A stretch of 64,000 nt of DNA from Haliotis rufescens (taxonomy: Eukaryota), in the NCBI RefSeq assembly GCF_023055435.1, contig NW_025964223.1, positions 6,138,001 through 6,202,000 of the forward strand. The letters run 5' to 3'. Position 1 is the stretch's first letter. Every line of letters starts with the position of its first letter. Below the pieces are notes generated by a model that saw only the letters and a list, made by a program, of their open reading frames with translations, made no database searches and was not told the origin of the DNA. A program made the translations under genes and the position numbers. Positions 1 to 11,890 of the stretch are shown here, piece by piece.

Positions 1-231
1 GTATCTCCTTAAACAGTCATTTCCGCATAAGCACATTCTTTGATGCATTTTTTTCACAAATCTAATAAAGACTACATTATTCCTAATTAGTTTGAAATTG
101 TTTCTCCTGCTGAGAAGCTAATTAGAACTGATGTAGTTTTACTTATGAAATGTTTAAAGTTTAGAAGTACTTAAAACTGTTTATACTTGGTGGACTATCT
201 TGTAGGGAAATAAACTAGTTGTGTAGCATCT

Positions 232-232
<1 letters not shown>

Positions 233-267
<35 letters not shown>

Positions 268-310
268 CACTACTATTTCTATTACTTCTACTACCACTAC
301 TTCTTTTCTT

Positions 311-353
<43 letters not shown>
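233..353. repeat. (TAC)n microsatellite, interrupted
   Basis: Two pure runs of ACT/TAC separated by a degenerate T-rich stretch. Confidence 0.95.
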
Positions 354-1184
354 CAAAAAAATCAGTGAGACTATCAAGAATTTTTCTCTCATCTGTTCAT
401 AATGATACAAAACTAAGAATACATGCTTAAATTCCAAACCGAAAACAGAATGGTAATATCATCTGCACAAACAACCTGTGCTGGGGATGTTCATGCCTTT
501 TAGCCCAGATACAGTCTCCAGCATCAATCGAAGTAGTGGCTTTAATCACATAGATAAGATGTAAATTGCAGTTTACAATTTATCACCTCTACATGCAAAC
601 ATAAAAGCATGAAGCACAGCCCTCATTCCTGACATACCAAGAAGCCTATACATACCGGTACATACTAGAACACACAAGGTCCGCTCCATTCAAAACACAT
701 ATCTCTGCATAAACATTCCTCAGGTAATTCAAGACCATGATGTGAACACCAAGAACCACTTTACTAAATCCACATGGGCAAACAACTTGCAATGAAACAT
801 CTCCCTCAGATGCCAAGCTTCTTTGATGTAACAGGGCAAGCACAAGACAGTTTCCATCACTTGTAATAGTTCCTGACACACAAGGACATATGAGATCATC
901 ATCAGAGAGATTGGCAAGAGGAAGTCGGGAGTTATAAGTGCTAGAAATGTCCAGCCTCACCTAGGCTCAACCATGAGGAACTACACCTGGCGATAGGAAT
1001 ACCAACTGTCTCAGCAGAACAGAACAATAACTAACACCACTCTCAGTGTTGCTCCCATTTGCATGGAAACAATGCCACACAGTTTCTGTCAGGATTTTTT
1101 AAAGTAACAGTTGGCACTATTAACAGGAGAGCACCTGCAGGGAGAAGCAGCTTCACATTAACCTTCTTCATTCTTCGTAATAGG

Positions 1185-2680
1185 ACTTCATAAAAGCTAC
1201 AAAACCCTTACTATATTAATAAGAAATCTCTGACAAAAGCAGAGTCCATTGTATGATTCCGACTATATCATGAGAATGTGTTAACGACTGACTATCAAAT
1301 AGTGATGATACCCAGTGTTTGCAAAAAGATGAGGGTATCCTTCCCCAACGACGGCACCCATCACAAACACATGCAAAGGCAAGTCATTTGTTCACCTGAA
1401 AAAACACAGGAACATATGGTACAAGTCAAAATAGGGAACTGCATCAGACATCAGTTTTGTCAGTGATGCGCCAAGTTTGGAAATGTCCTCCACTTGTCCT
1501 CCATAAAACTTTTGAAAGCTTTACTGAGGCCTTGAATGTTGTAACCTTGATCAAACAACTTCTGAGCAAGAGTTGTATGATGCTCTTTGAAATCTTGGTA
1601 GAAAGAGCATGTTCGATTGTACCTCATAAGCTGTGAAATGTAAACACAAAGTGGTTGGATTTGCAGAAATATTGCTGACATAAAGGGAAAGTTGAAGTCC
1701 TCCCTCCTGTCATACAGTCTTGTGGAGAGTGTTTTGTCACTCTGAATCTTTATGCATAGATCTAAATATGAAACAGATGAGGCAGTCTCACTGGTCTCCT
1801 TTATTTCAAGTTCAGGTGGGTAAATCAGTGGAAGGAAATTGGCTATTTGATGGTTATTGAACAATATCAGATCATCAATATACCAGAAGCTTAAGTTAAA
1901 CTTCTTGGCCAAATTACCTTGTTTTGACTTTGCCATTCTGAGCAGAAAATTCAGACTCACATGCATAAAGAAACAGATAAGCAAGAAAGGGAGCAGAATT
2001 GGTGCCCATGGGGATGCCTACTTCTTGCCTAAATGCCATACCCACAATTTTTTAATAAAAGTTATCAATGAAGAAGTCCAGCATTTCACATTTTGTTTAC
2101 TCCGTAAACTTCAGATGACATTGGCCTTCGAAAAATTTAAAAATGGTCCTATGTATCTATGGTCACCATGTTTTGTAACAAAAGCCCCATGGATCAAGGA
2201 ATCAAGTTTTTCCTTATGTTTGTCATGTGGGATAGTGGTGTACAAAGTTGAATAATCAAACGTTTTTACAGAATGGAACTTGGTTCTTTTCTGAGATTGC
2301 AAAAAGTCAAGCCAATCCTTTGTGTTTTTTGGAAACCACATGGTATTAATTCCACTTGTCAGAAATACTCTCAGTGAATATAAAGAAAGTCCTTCTTTGA
2401 TTATTTAAGGGATAATTGTTAATATTTGAGAAAGGGATTTGTTGGTACATTTGCTGGACCCAGCAATATATCTCTCTTTGTACGGATTTCTATGGAGCTT
2501 TGGAATCCAGTACAAAAGAGGTTTTAGAGTCAAGCCAAACACTGAGAGTGCTGATATTACTGGCCTTATATGTGGCATTGTCTGATATATCACCTATACT
2601 AAGTTCTTAGATCAAACAATTGATGTATGTGATGGCTCCATATAACGGTTATGTCATTTGAGGCCTTGTCAATGGAGGCC
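1185..2680 (-). mobile_element. Penelope-like retroelement (Naiad-type), decayed RT plus 3' UTR
   Basis: Minus-strand frameshifted peptides in RT order: PIDKASND, YWIPKLHRNPYKERYIAGSSKC, VKTFDYSTLYTTIPH, RQEVGIPMGTN, WYIDD, SYLDL, LYDRREDFNF, VYISQLMRY, LSKAFK. The ORF ends without a C-terminal GIY-YIG and is followed by a 3' UTR shared with other copies in the window. Confidence 0.85.
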
Positions 2681-3806
2681 TCAGTTATTTGAGGCCAAAC
2701 CACTCAAAGATGTTCCTGATGAAAAAAAAAAATCAAAATAAAACATGGTATTGATGAGATGCCATCAGCACTACATTGGGTCTTAAAGACAATTTTGTAA
2801 TATGTCCAGATACTGTCTGTACATAAAAACACACCCAAACACTATATTTCACCATGGACCAGTGATGCTTTAATGTTAAATACTATCAAACATTGTTCAT
2901 ATTTCAAAATGAAACTTGATATTGTGTTGAAGGTGTCTTATGCTGAAGGTTCTCCTCAGACGTCTACTTTGTACAAAGAAAACTTTCTTGGGTTTCCAAT
3001 CTCAACAGGCAGAATTTGATAGTTGCATGCTACAGGCAAATGACCATAATGGATGACTACTGTGCACTAAAGCACACAAGTCTGGTCTAAATGTGTTTCT
3101 CCTCTATCAAACCAAACAAGTACCAATTTATCATCCCATCTGAATGCATCCTGGTTCATCCTGCTTGAAACATTTTTTTCAGATGGCAGCATACAAAAAA
3201 GTGGAGTTGGTCTCCATATATCTGGTAGAATATACCCCCAAAAGTCATTACACGAAGTCCTGTCCCAAAGGGTGCAGTTCAATTTATAGTTTACATTTTA
3301 TCTCTTATTTTTCAAAACTTACTTTCTGCTACAATTTCCCCATAAAAGGATTCAGTTACTTACAGACTATAATACATACTCAGACGCAAGGCATTTGTTC
3401 ATGTCACTGGGTAACTTAGTGACAAGTATAGGTGAGACAGAACATATTAGATTGAGTATTGTTTTTTTGTGATGTAGAGGATTTCTCTTAATGCTTGATT
3501 GAGCATTATCGTTCAATTCTGTGTGACTTAATTAATCTGTCATTTCCCCTTTCAAGAGTCTTCAGGACACTACAAGCTCCCAGGAAACTGAAGTATTATT
3601 TGTATGTTAATCTAAGGTTCAGTTACATAAAAATGGCATTTTCAATATGAACACTATGAGCCCCTTTTAGATACACCATTGCTGGGATCAGTCATACAGT
3701 CAGGTGCTTAAAGTTTCAGTGAAGTTAAGACCGAAAACAGGACAGATAACTTGATGATGGTCAATCAGGTTAGCTAAAATGGGAGTTTGTGAGAAATGTA
3801 ACAACG

Positions 3807-4355
3807 GACGTTAAAAGATGGTACGGGGGCACGGGTGGCCCAGGCGTCTAAGGCGCCGCAATTCGCTGTGCAGAGTTGCGTCCCTTGGGCACGCCAGAAA
3901 CCTATGATTGTGGGTTCGAATCCCGGTTCGCCCCGATTATGTTTCTAGGTTTGTCAGCACCATACCCATGCTCGTGGGTTTCACCGAAGTGGTAAACGTC
4001 TGAGACCTGCATCACTTCGGGCTTTCCTCCCATATTAAGCTGACATGCCGTGATATGACTTGAATACTGTTAAAAGCGGCGTTAAGCCCAACTCGCTCAC
4101 TCACTCACTCACTCACTAAAAGATGGTACTTGTTACCCTAACTGCCTGGCATTCAGTATTAAGGGGCTAAACCAAGAACTGGTCAGCTCAGAGTTTGTAT
4201 ACTGTGTCTGTGTGGAGTATTCGTAGTCTCAGTGGGCTAGCACCATCAAATCGGCATCAGTCCGGACTAGTACAAGCAGCCACACACACATACATGCACA
4301 TCTCTATGTAAGTGCAATAATCTTAAATATGACGTAAAACCCCATTTCACCTCAC
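3807..4355 (+). mobile_element. SINE family 2 (Meta/MESC-like core), 5'-truncated, interrupted by a family-1 SINE
   Basis: gacgttaaaagatggtacttg...attaaggggctaa...actggtcagctcagag core and a ccccatttcacctcac tail. Homologous to the copies at 30024-30527 and 63025-63533. Confidence 0.75.
3825..4116 (+). mobile_element. tRNA-derived SINE family 1, full length, young
   Basis: A box (tggcccaggcgtctaagg), B box (ggttcgaatccc), (ACTC)n tail, and a perfect 13-bp TSD taaaagatggtac (3812-3824 / 4117-4129). Confidence 0.9.
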
Positions 4356-4634
4356 TTTACCAATAATACTCAAAAAGATGTAATATAAGTCATTGTGTAC
4401 ATACCACTAAGATTATCACAAAAAGTACTGATCCAAAAGAAAATTTATTATGGCTTATAATGGGACCATGTTTAACATCTGGTCAGAATTATACGAGCAA
4501 TTCACAGACACATCATTGCAGTGATCATCTCTGCAAAGTTTCAGATGTTGTTTTTGAGATGTTGAAAATGTATTGTGGTATGGACAGATAACAGTGTAAT
4601 AATGTAAGCTCCCCTGAACCTTCACTTTGGTAAA

Positions 4635-5495
4635 GTAATTGAATGTTGTTTTATGCCACCTATTTTCACAGCAGTCTGGTCCAAGTGAACCAGTGACCAA
4701 AAGCAATGATCCACACCATCAGAACACAAAGACATGCAATCGTCACAGACTGGACCATCAGGACAAAAAGACATGCAATCGTCACAGACTGGACCATCAG
4801 AACACAAAGACATGCAATCATCACAGAGTGGACCATCAGAACACAAAGACATGCAATCATCACAGACTGGACCATCAGGACAAAAAGACATGCAATCGTC
4901 ACAGAGTGGACCATCAGGACAAAAAGACATGCAATAATCACAGACCTGACCATCAGGACACAAAGACATGTAGTCGTCACAAACTGGACCATCAGGACAC
5001 AAAGACATGCAATCATCACAGACTGGACCATCAGGACACAAAGACATGCAATCGTCACAGAGTGGACCATCAGGACCATAAGACATGCAATCGTCACAGA
5101 GTGGACCATCAGGACCATAAGACATGCAATCGTCACAGACTGGACCATCAGGACAAAAAGACATGCAATCGTCACAGAGTGGACCATCAGGACACAAAGA
5201 CATGCAATCATCACAGACTGGACCATCAGGACACAAAGACATGCAATCGTCACAGAGTGGACCATCAGGACAAAAGGACATGCAATCGTCACAGACTGGA
5301 CCATCAGGACAAAAAGACATGCAATCGTCACAGAGTGGACCATCAGGACAAAAAGACATGCACTCGTCACAGAGTGGACCATCAGGACAAAAAGACATGC
5401 ACTCGTCACAGAGTGGACCATCAGATTCAAATTAGTCAACTCTTACGACAAGGATAAGGTTCTAGGGACCAGCTCTACCCCAGAAACGCAACGTC
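4635..5495 (-). mobile_element. Diverged family-4-like SINE carrying an internal 39-bp minisatellite
   Basis: Minus strand: head ggggtagagctggtccctagaacc...cttgtcgtaagagttgactaa (5434-5481). After the array comes gtgtggatc...tcactgg...ggaccagact...ggtggcataaaacaac, matching the family-4 body and tail. Confidence 0.6.
4712..5424. repeat. 39-bp minisatellite, ~18 copies
   Basis: Unit accatcaggacaaaaagacatgcaatcgtcacagactgg; 13-aa periodicity in all overlapping ORFs. Confidence 0.95.
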
Positions 5496-5601
5496 ATTTT
5501 CCAGTTAACCAATCATAGTATTTCAGAACAAATGGTCAAAGGGAAACTTGCAGACAACTCAGATGTAATGTTTTTTTGTTTGTTTTTTTGTTTGTGCATC
5601 T

Positions 5602-5735
5602 GGGCCCGCTAGCACATAGCAATCTTAGTAACATTAGATTTTAGGTGCCTACGATCAACTTTACAATCACCATACATTTGCACAAAACAAACTTAGCGCA
5701 ATTGTAAGATGAATTCTTCAACGACGGAGGCACAA
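5602..5735. mobile_element. Possible degenerate PIF/Harbinger-like MITE
   Basis: Starts gggcccgctagcacatagcaatcttag and ends ...taagatgaattcttcaacgacggaggc; only loose inverted similarity. Confidence 0.3.
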
Positions 5736-7399
5736 ATATCTTAAACTTGACTCCTTTCTACAGTTGTCTGCAACTGCACATAGGTTGCTGCGCATATCAA
5801 TAGTGGAACCAGTTACGACACACAACAGTCCCTCCCTCCATCGCACATTACACAGTGTAAACTAAGGTGCTCATTGTTTAAAGGAAACAATTACCAGGAT
5901 GATGGATGATAGTGTGTTTCTGCATTGTTACTGTCATCATGACGTTATGCCTCAGTCCAGTCAAACTACCTCTGGGGTTGGATCCTCAGGTCCTTGTATT
6001 CGCATATTTACCTTGTCAAGAGTAATCATTTGTTTATTACACCGGAGTTCACTTTAAAGTTTATGAAGTCTTTAAACCATCTTCTGTTTCATGACTGTAA
6101 CTTTGATGCAAACTGTAAAATGTTTGTACCAGACGTCATCTTGTTTTCTAGGAGATGATTCAATATTCATCACGTGACAGGTCAATACTGATCAGTGAAG
6201 AGTCAATTTTTGAGGTCAGTGTCAGTCACATGATTTCGTGGTTTACATGGAAATGTATTGTTTTGTCACTTGGTATGGATTAACCAATGGAATTGCAAGA
6301 TTCTTAATAGAGGTACATGTATAACAAAACCTGATATGGTTTCAGGTTAACAGTCACATCAGTTTATGATTTGTTGACATCCATAAGGTTCTTGTCCAGT
6401 TGAAGTAGTGTGTACATGCAACTATCTCAACATGTATAACATTAAACCTCAGATAATTACTAAGTTTGACATTATCTGTATCAAAGAGTTGTTCTGGAAG
6501 ACATTATTTTACTTTGTTCTATTTCTTTTTGAATAACAAAATTTGTTTGAAAGTTCCACTGATGCTGACTAGAGTTGAGTGTACTGGTATGTAAAACATT
6601 GAAAATCAATACATGTCAGCCTGAATTAATCAACTCTGTTTTTTTGCTATCACTTTGCAAAAGTCACAAATTGTTTCTTTTACTTGACAGAGTTTGTGGT
6701 ATAGTGAAACTCAAAGTAATTGCTTACCATGTTTTCGATCTGGATGCAAACTCTATCAAAACTAAACTTTGATATACACGATTTGGTTTCAAATTGCATC
6801 ACATCCTGACATTATTTGCCAAGTAATGGTCAAGTGAATTACACAGCATTATAATTATTTTGTGTTTCCGTTCAAACATGCTCATATCAAACAAGTAGAA
6901 TCTGATTTAGTTTCCAGAGAAGCAAGCATGTTTTAAATTGCCAGCATACTTCAACACTATCACATTTCATCCCAACACAAATCACAAGATTCCAGCTATT
7001 CATCGCTACAACAAAAGGAACATGCCAGAATAATTCCGCATTCAGTATTCTGTGTATAACATGACATACTGAGCAGAGGTTCATCATGGGGATGTTCCTG
7101 AACTAGATTTGCTGGCCTAGTCTAAGGTCAATCAATATGGTGTTTTTCTAAAGTTGACAGGAAAGTGAACATGTGGAACAGATAGCCCAGTAATTCCATC
7201 ATGTTGGACAATGTATTTGTATATTCATTGTGGGTAATGAATAATATTTTGTAAGTTTTCCTTACCACTTTATGAGAAGTCCTGTTCAAAGAAAAAGTAC
7301 TGAGATTAATGCTGCAGTAAACAATATTTCAGCAATACTATGATAGCCTGTGGATAATCAAATCTGGACCAGACAAATCAGAGAATGACACCAATTCAA

Positions 7400-7520
7400 G
7401 TGAGTGAGTTGGGTTTAACGCCACTTTTAACAGTATTACAGTAATATCGCGGCGTGTCAGCTTAATGTGGGAGGAAAGCCCGAAGTGATGCAGGTCTCAG
7501 ACGTTTACCACTTCGGTGAC
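7400..7520 (-). mobile_element. SINE family 1, 5'-truncated
   Basis: Reverse complement of ~3980-4100 with a gtgagtgag tail. It adjoins a degenerate family-4 tail fragment (7305-7395). Confidence 0.85.
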
Positions 7521-10500
7521 AATGTTGATGTAGCATCTGATAGAAATGTTGTTTCTTGTAACACATGCTGAGTTCACCATATAGTTTACACAAGAAAATA
7601 CTCTATCATTGTTTACATCTGTTCATCAGGTTTACAGAGAATCAATAGCTAGATCACCATTGCTGCCATTACTCTGGTGAAGCAGCTGGACTACAGGATA
7701 ATAACATTTAGCCCAGTACATATATGGAGACCTATCTTTATTTTGACTAAAACTTCCAGTATAATACTTTAAAAGTTAAACTTAAGGATGATAGCTACCA
7801 TCAATAAATTCAAATGACCTGTTTTAAAGAATACTCAAAAACCTGATTTTCTAACTGTAAGATCATGTATGACATTTGACAAATAAATATCAAGACGATC
7901 TGTAATAAACTTTAATGGTTTACATCTGTTTCATTCTTAAAAATTAGTTTGAAATTACCAAGTCACCAGAAGATGAAATTAAATATTTTTTTATGTAAAA
8001 CCTTCCTCCAAATCTTTTTGTAGCAAAAAAACGAGGTTTTTTCATGAGAAAAATCCCGTGATCTGAATGGTCAGATTGTTTGATTTTAGTAGGAAATGAC
8101 TTGGAAAAACATCATAACAAACAATGTTTTAATGTTGATGGGTTGCACAGAGTGCAGAGTTAAAATTAAGATTCACAGTTTTATTACAATTAAGATATGA
8201 AGTACATTCATCTTTCAATAACATCACTCTAAAAACATCACTGCCACTGTGACATGAGTTAATTCTTTACCCTATCACCGTGATGATGACATAACACCCC
8301 AAACTGGATCCTTAAGTGTGTCTTATAGACTTCGCATTCTACTGGTCATATTTTCTGGAATGAGGGATGATATTAATTCCAACTTCATCCAGATGCAAAA
8401 CACATTCGCTTAAGTAGCATTCTCAAGAACTATATATATTTCATGTACCACCAGTGGAACCGGACAAAGAGATATGATGAAATGTTCCATTTTTCCTTGA
8501 AAGTCATACTTGTACTGGCTGAGGATTAACTTCCATTGATTTCACAACATTCTGAACATTTCCTCAAGAAAGTAATTACACTCCTAAATCAACATTTGCC
8601 ATCAAGGTTCATTTAAGCTCAATGACAATGATAACACAAACACCAGCAATAGAGAGAGGCATACACAGTCATCAATGGCCTTCATGCTACCAACACTGGC
8701 CAAGTGTTACAAGGAAGAAAGAAAAGTTGTATATGTTTGACGAAACGCCGGAAATTGGTCTAGACACATGAGAGAGAAGGATTACCATTGTGGTAGAGAG
8801 GATTCCTGAGACAAGAGCTCGTCAAATATGATGGACATTGGACGATTGCATCAAAATTCAATTAAATATTCCATAGGAACATGTTTCTTATGGTCTGAGG
8901 AGCATGACTACCCCAGCTAAGAAAGGACATCTATAACTGACACAGATCAGTAAGGAGATTATATAGAAGAGGACTAAATCTGGTTGGGCCTTCTATAGGG
9001 AGCTGCTTGAAACATTGTCAAGAGATCACTGGTGGAAAATACCGATCTACAGATTTACTGGTGACTGTTCCATTGACTATCACAACTTCACCCTTCTGGG
9101 ACAGAAATTCACTGTATTAAGCATTCAATATACTAAATCAATCAAGGAACTATTTGCTGATAACAAGTATTGGTTTACTCTAGTTCACACAAACTAGACC
9201 TTGCTTGTATTGTCCATGCTGTAATCAGGCCATCGTGATTATCAAACTAAAAGGAAATATTTCAGAATATTTTTTTTTCCTTGGCGCTGACGGGAGGTAC
9301 TTAATCATATCTGTTCACTATTGACCTTTGTGAAAATGTCACTGTTCATGTTGAAATTGAGATGAATGTTCTTATGTGAAAAGCCGAATGTTAACATGTG
9401 ATAGCAGATTTATGTCACATGATATAAAATTGGTTTCATTTTAAACATAACTACTTAATGAGCAACAAAGGTTATACTAAATTTTACCAAAGATATCGAT
9501 CATGTACATCTTTCATTCCATGAATGTGAGAAACTATGCAATAATGATATTATATCAGAGTCAAATGTCCTCACTCTAACTGACAGTAGTTTCACTATTG
9601 GTCAATGGCATCCTGGTACAAGATTCAATGCTTCTCACATTTCAGAAGGCTTAATACTAAACATGCATGTAAATATTAAGAGATGTTTCGGATTGATTCA
9701 GATTTTCAAACTGCACGTCTATCTGGACAAGCAAACATATTGCATGTAATTACTTGTCACATGAAAAAGACTGCTTGAGAGAGTATCTAACATCTGCAGT
9801 CATCATGGCACCAAACACTTATCACTTATTAATACTGCACACAGTGAATAGGGATATCACTATACACATGCAACTTCTAGATGACCACAACATCTCCAAT
9901 CATACTTGGTAATAATATTCATTAGTCTTTATATCTTGTATAAATGAAGCAATAAATCAATATGTTAAAGATATATAGTCAAAGTTGTTCCAAATTTCAT
10001 TTCACATAAGATATGCATTGACACTTGATCAAAGTTCGTTTAGGGGTGAGTCTGAACTATTTTCTGAAATTCTAAGACAAACTTAAACAACACAAAAACA
10101 GAATAAATCTTGTTTGATTGAAAATATGATTTTCAAACTTATTATTTAATAACAATTTGTATTAAGTATGTTTCAACCCTGTATCAATACTGACAACAAT
10201 TATTTTGATATTTTAGAATACTTTACTCCTGCAAAACACTGACCAAGAAGATATGAAGAAACAAGGTTTGTTTCAGGCATTTGAAGTGTTTCTTTTCAGA
10301 TACCTTACAAACATCACATCAACTTTAAGGTCTAAACAGTGAGAGACTGTGTTTGTAGGTATGTTTACCTATTTACTTTCAGCATCCTCCCCCTAACAGG
10401 TGAATAATACATGAGGAAGGTAGTTAACGACCGTTCCATGCTTGCAGGTGTTCAAAACATACGCACCAATTACATTACACATCAGTTATTCACAATGCAC

Positions 10501-11785
10501 AGGTTCTCCGGAACAAGTTCAGTTTGATGATGATGTCAACATACAAATATTTCTTAATTCATCTTAAAACTGTGTTAAAGAATATCTTCAAATATGAACA
10601 AGCCACTTTATCAAACAATCAAGATTTGTGTTGAGTTCAAACATACATCTGTAGACTAGCCACCAAAAGGCCAATAAACTATGAAAATGAAGGCAGAACA
10701 GGTGTATAGCTTTCCCATCACTTCATCCAATGAGCACTTATAAATATCCTTGTCAGTGGCCTGTGGTGTGGAAACCGGAACAGAAGATGGCCAACACATC
10801 TGAAACTCTGCCAAATCCAGTTGTCCAACACCTGTCATATTGCCAACCCCTTCAAGTGGCTCTAGGCTCTGCAGTCAGATAGCAGGTTTGAAGCAATACT
10901 ATTTCACAAAACCAATAGTCAGATGTTTGGAGTACTGATGCAAGATAATTTCAATGTACCATGTTTTTTTAATGACTTTCCTGTCTTTATGAGTTGCAGG
11001 ACAAGTTAAGATCTCAGTCTGAAAAAAAAGTCTTGCAAGAGTCCTTCATTCAACACTAAAGCCTATGTGTTGTAATGGAAAAGTCAAAAAGTTCCTTGCA
11101 GAGAGAAGATTAACTGAAAACTCAAAATGAATTAAAAAAAAAATCATGTTCTAGCCACACTATAAAAAAATCACATCTAAGAAAGAATGCATGGTCATCA
11201 AATTCAAAGAACGAAATGATGTAATCTTTGTATCAAAAGTACATACAGTCTGATCCCCTTCTCCCAATTGTCTGTCTCCAGCATGACTTAACACATACAC
11301 CACATTAACACATACATCCCAGTGGAGTTGGCAACTGAAAATGTTTCATTTACTACTCAATCTTACTTGTCCTTCAGCCTGTGTAGTCTCAGGCTTCTCT
11401 GGGGAGTGTTTGTAACTGTCTTCCGACGCATATATATTTCTCATCTATATTCTTCTCCCACACTGGGATACATTTTTATTCCATTAATTTTGATTCTTTT
11501 GTTCTGATCACATTCATCAGACATACTTTACACTGGTGGTGATGAGACATTGATGGACTGTAAAACCTGGTCATTCTCGCACTGTTTTGGCACAGTGAAG
11601 TTGATTGGACAGAGTAATTACAGTGCAAGTCAAGAGAGTCCATCAGTTACCCTTTGCTTAGGTTCTTCTTACATGGCCTATTGCCACTCTCGGCTGTGAT
11701 GGAGGTGTGGGGTATTTCTTTTCTTGTGTGAAAATTTTATCATCCCATGCTACTGTGAAATGGCATTTGTCATGAGTTTGGCATT

Positions 11786-11890
11786 TGCAAACACCTGGTG
11801 TCATCACTGATTTTCAGTGGTCCATTCATATAATTTTCACCTCTATTTTGCCTTTGACACCCAATGGAATCTGTTTGGGCAGAAAATTGA
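11786..11890 (+). mobile_element. 3'-UTR fragment of a second Naiad-like PLE family
   Basis: aaacacctggtgtcatcactgattttcagtg shared with 15711-15741; downstream sequence shared with 18955-19025. Confidence 0.6.

Noticed and set aside
1460-2600. Selenocysteine-recoded Naiad ORF
   Set aside because: The copies are frameshifted and carry mixed stop codons, so in-frame UGA recoding cannot be assessed from these fragments.
3825-3925. Functional tRNA genes (also 16640-16722, 39390-39470, 49697-49770, 63460-63533)
   Set aside because: The A/B boxes belong to SINE heads with bodies, tails and TSDs, and there are no complete cloverleaves.
4622-5518. Metallothionein or other real protein from the 257-272 aa ORFs
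   Set aside because: Several frames are open only because the 39-bp unit lacks stops. The array sits inside a SINE-like element and has no clear splice or promoter support.
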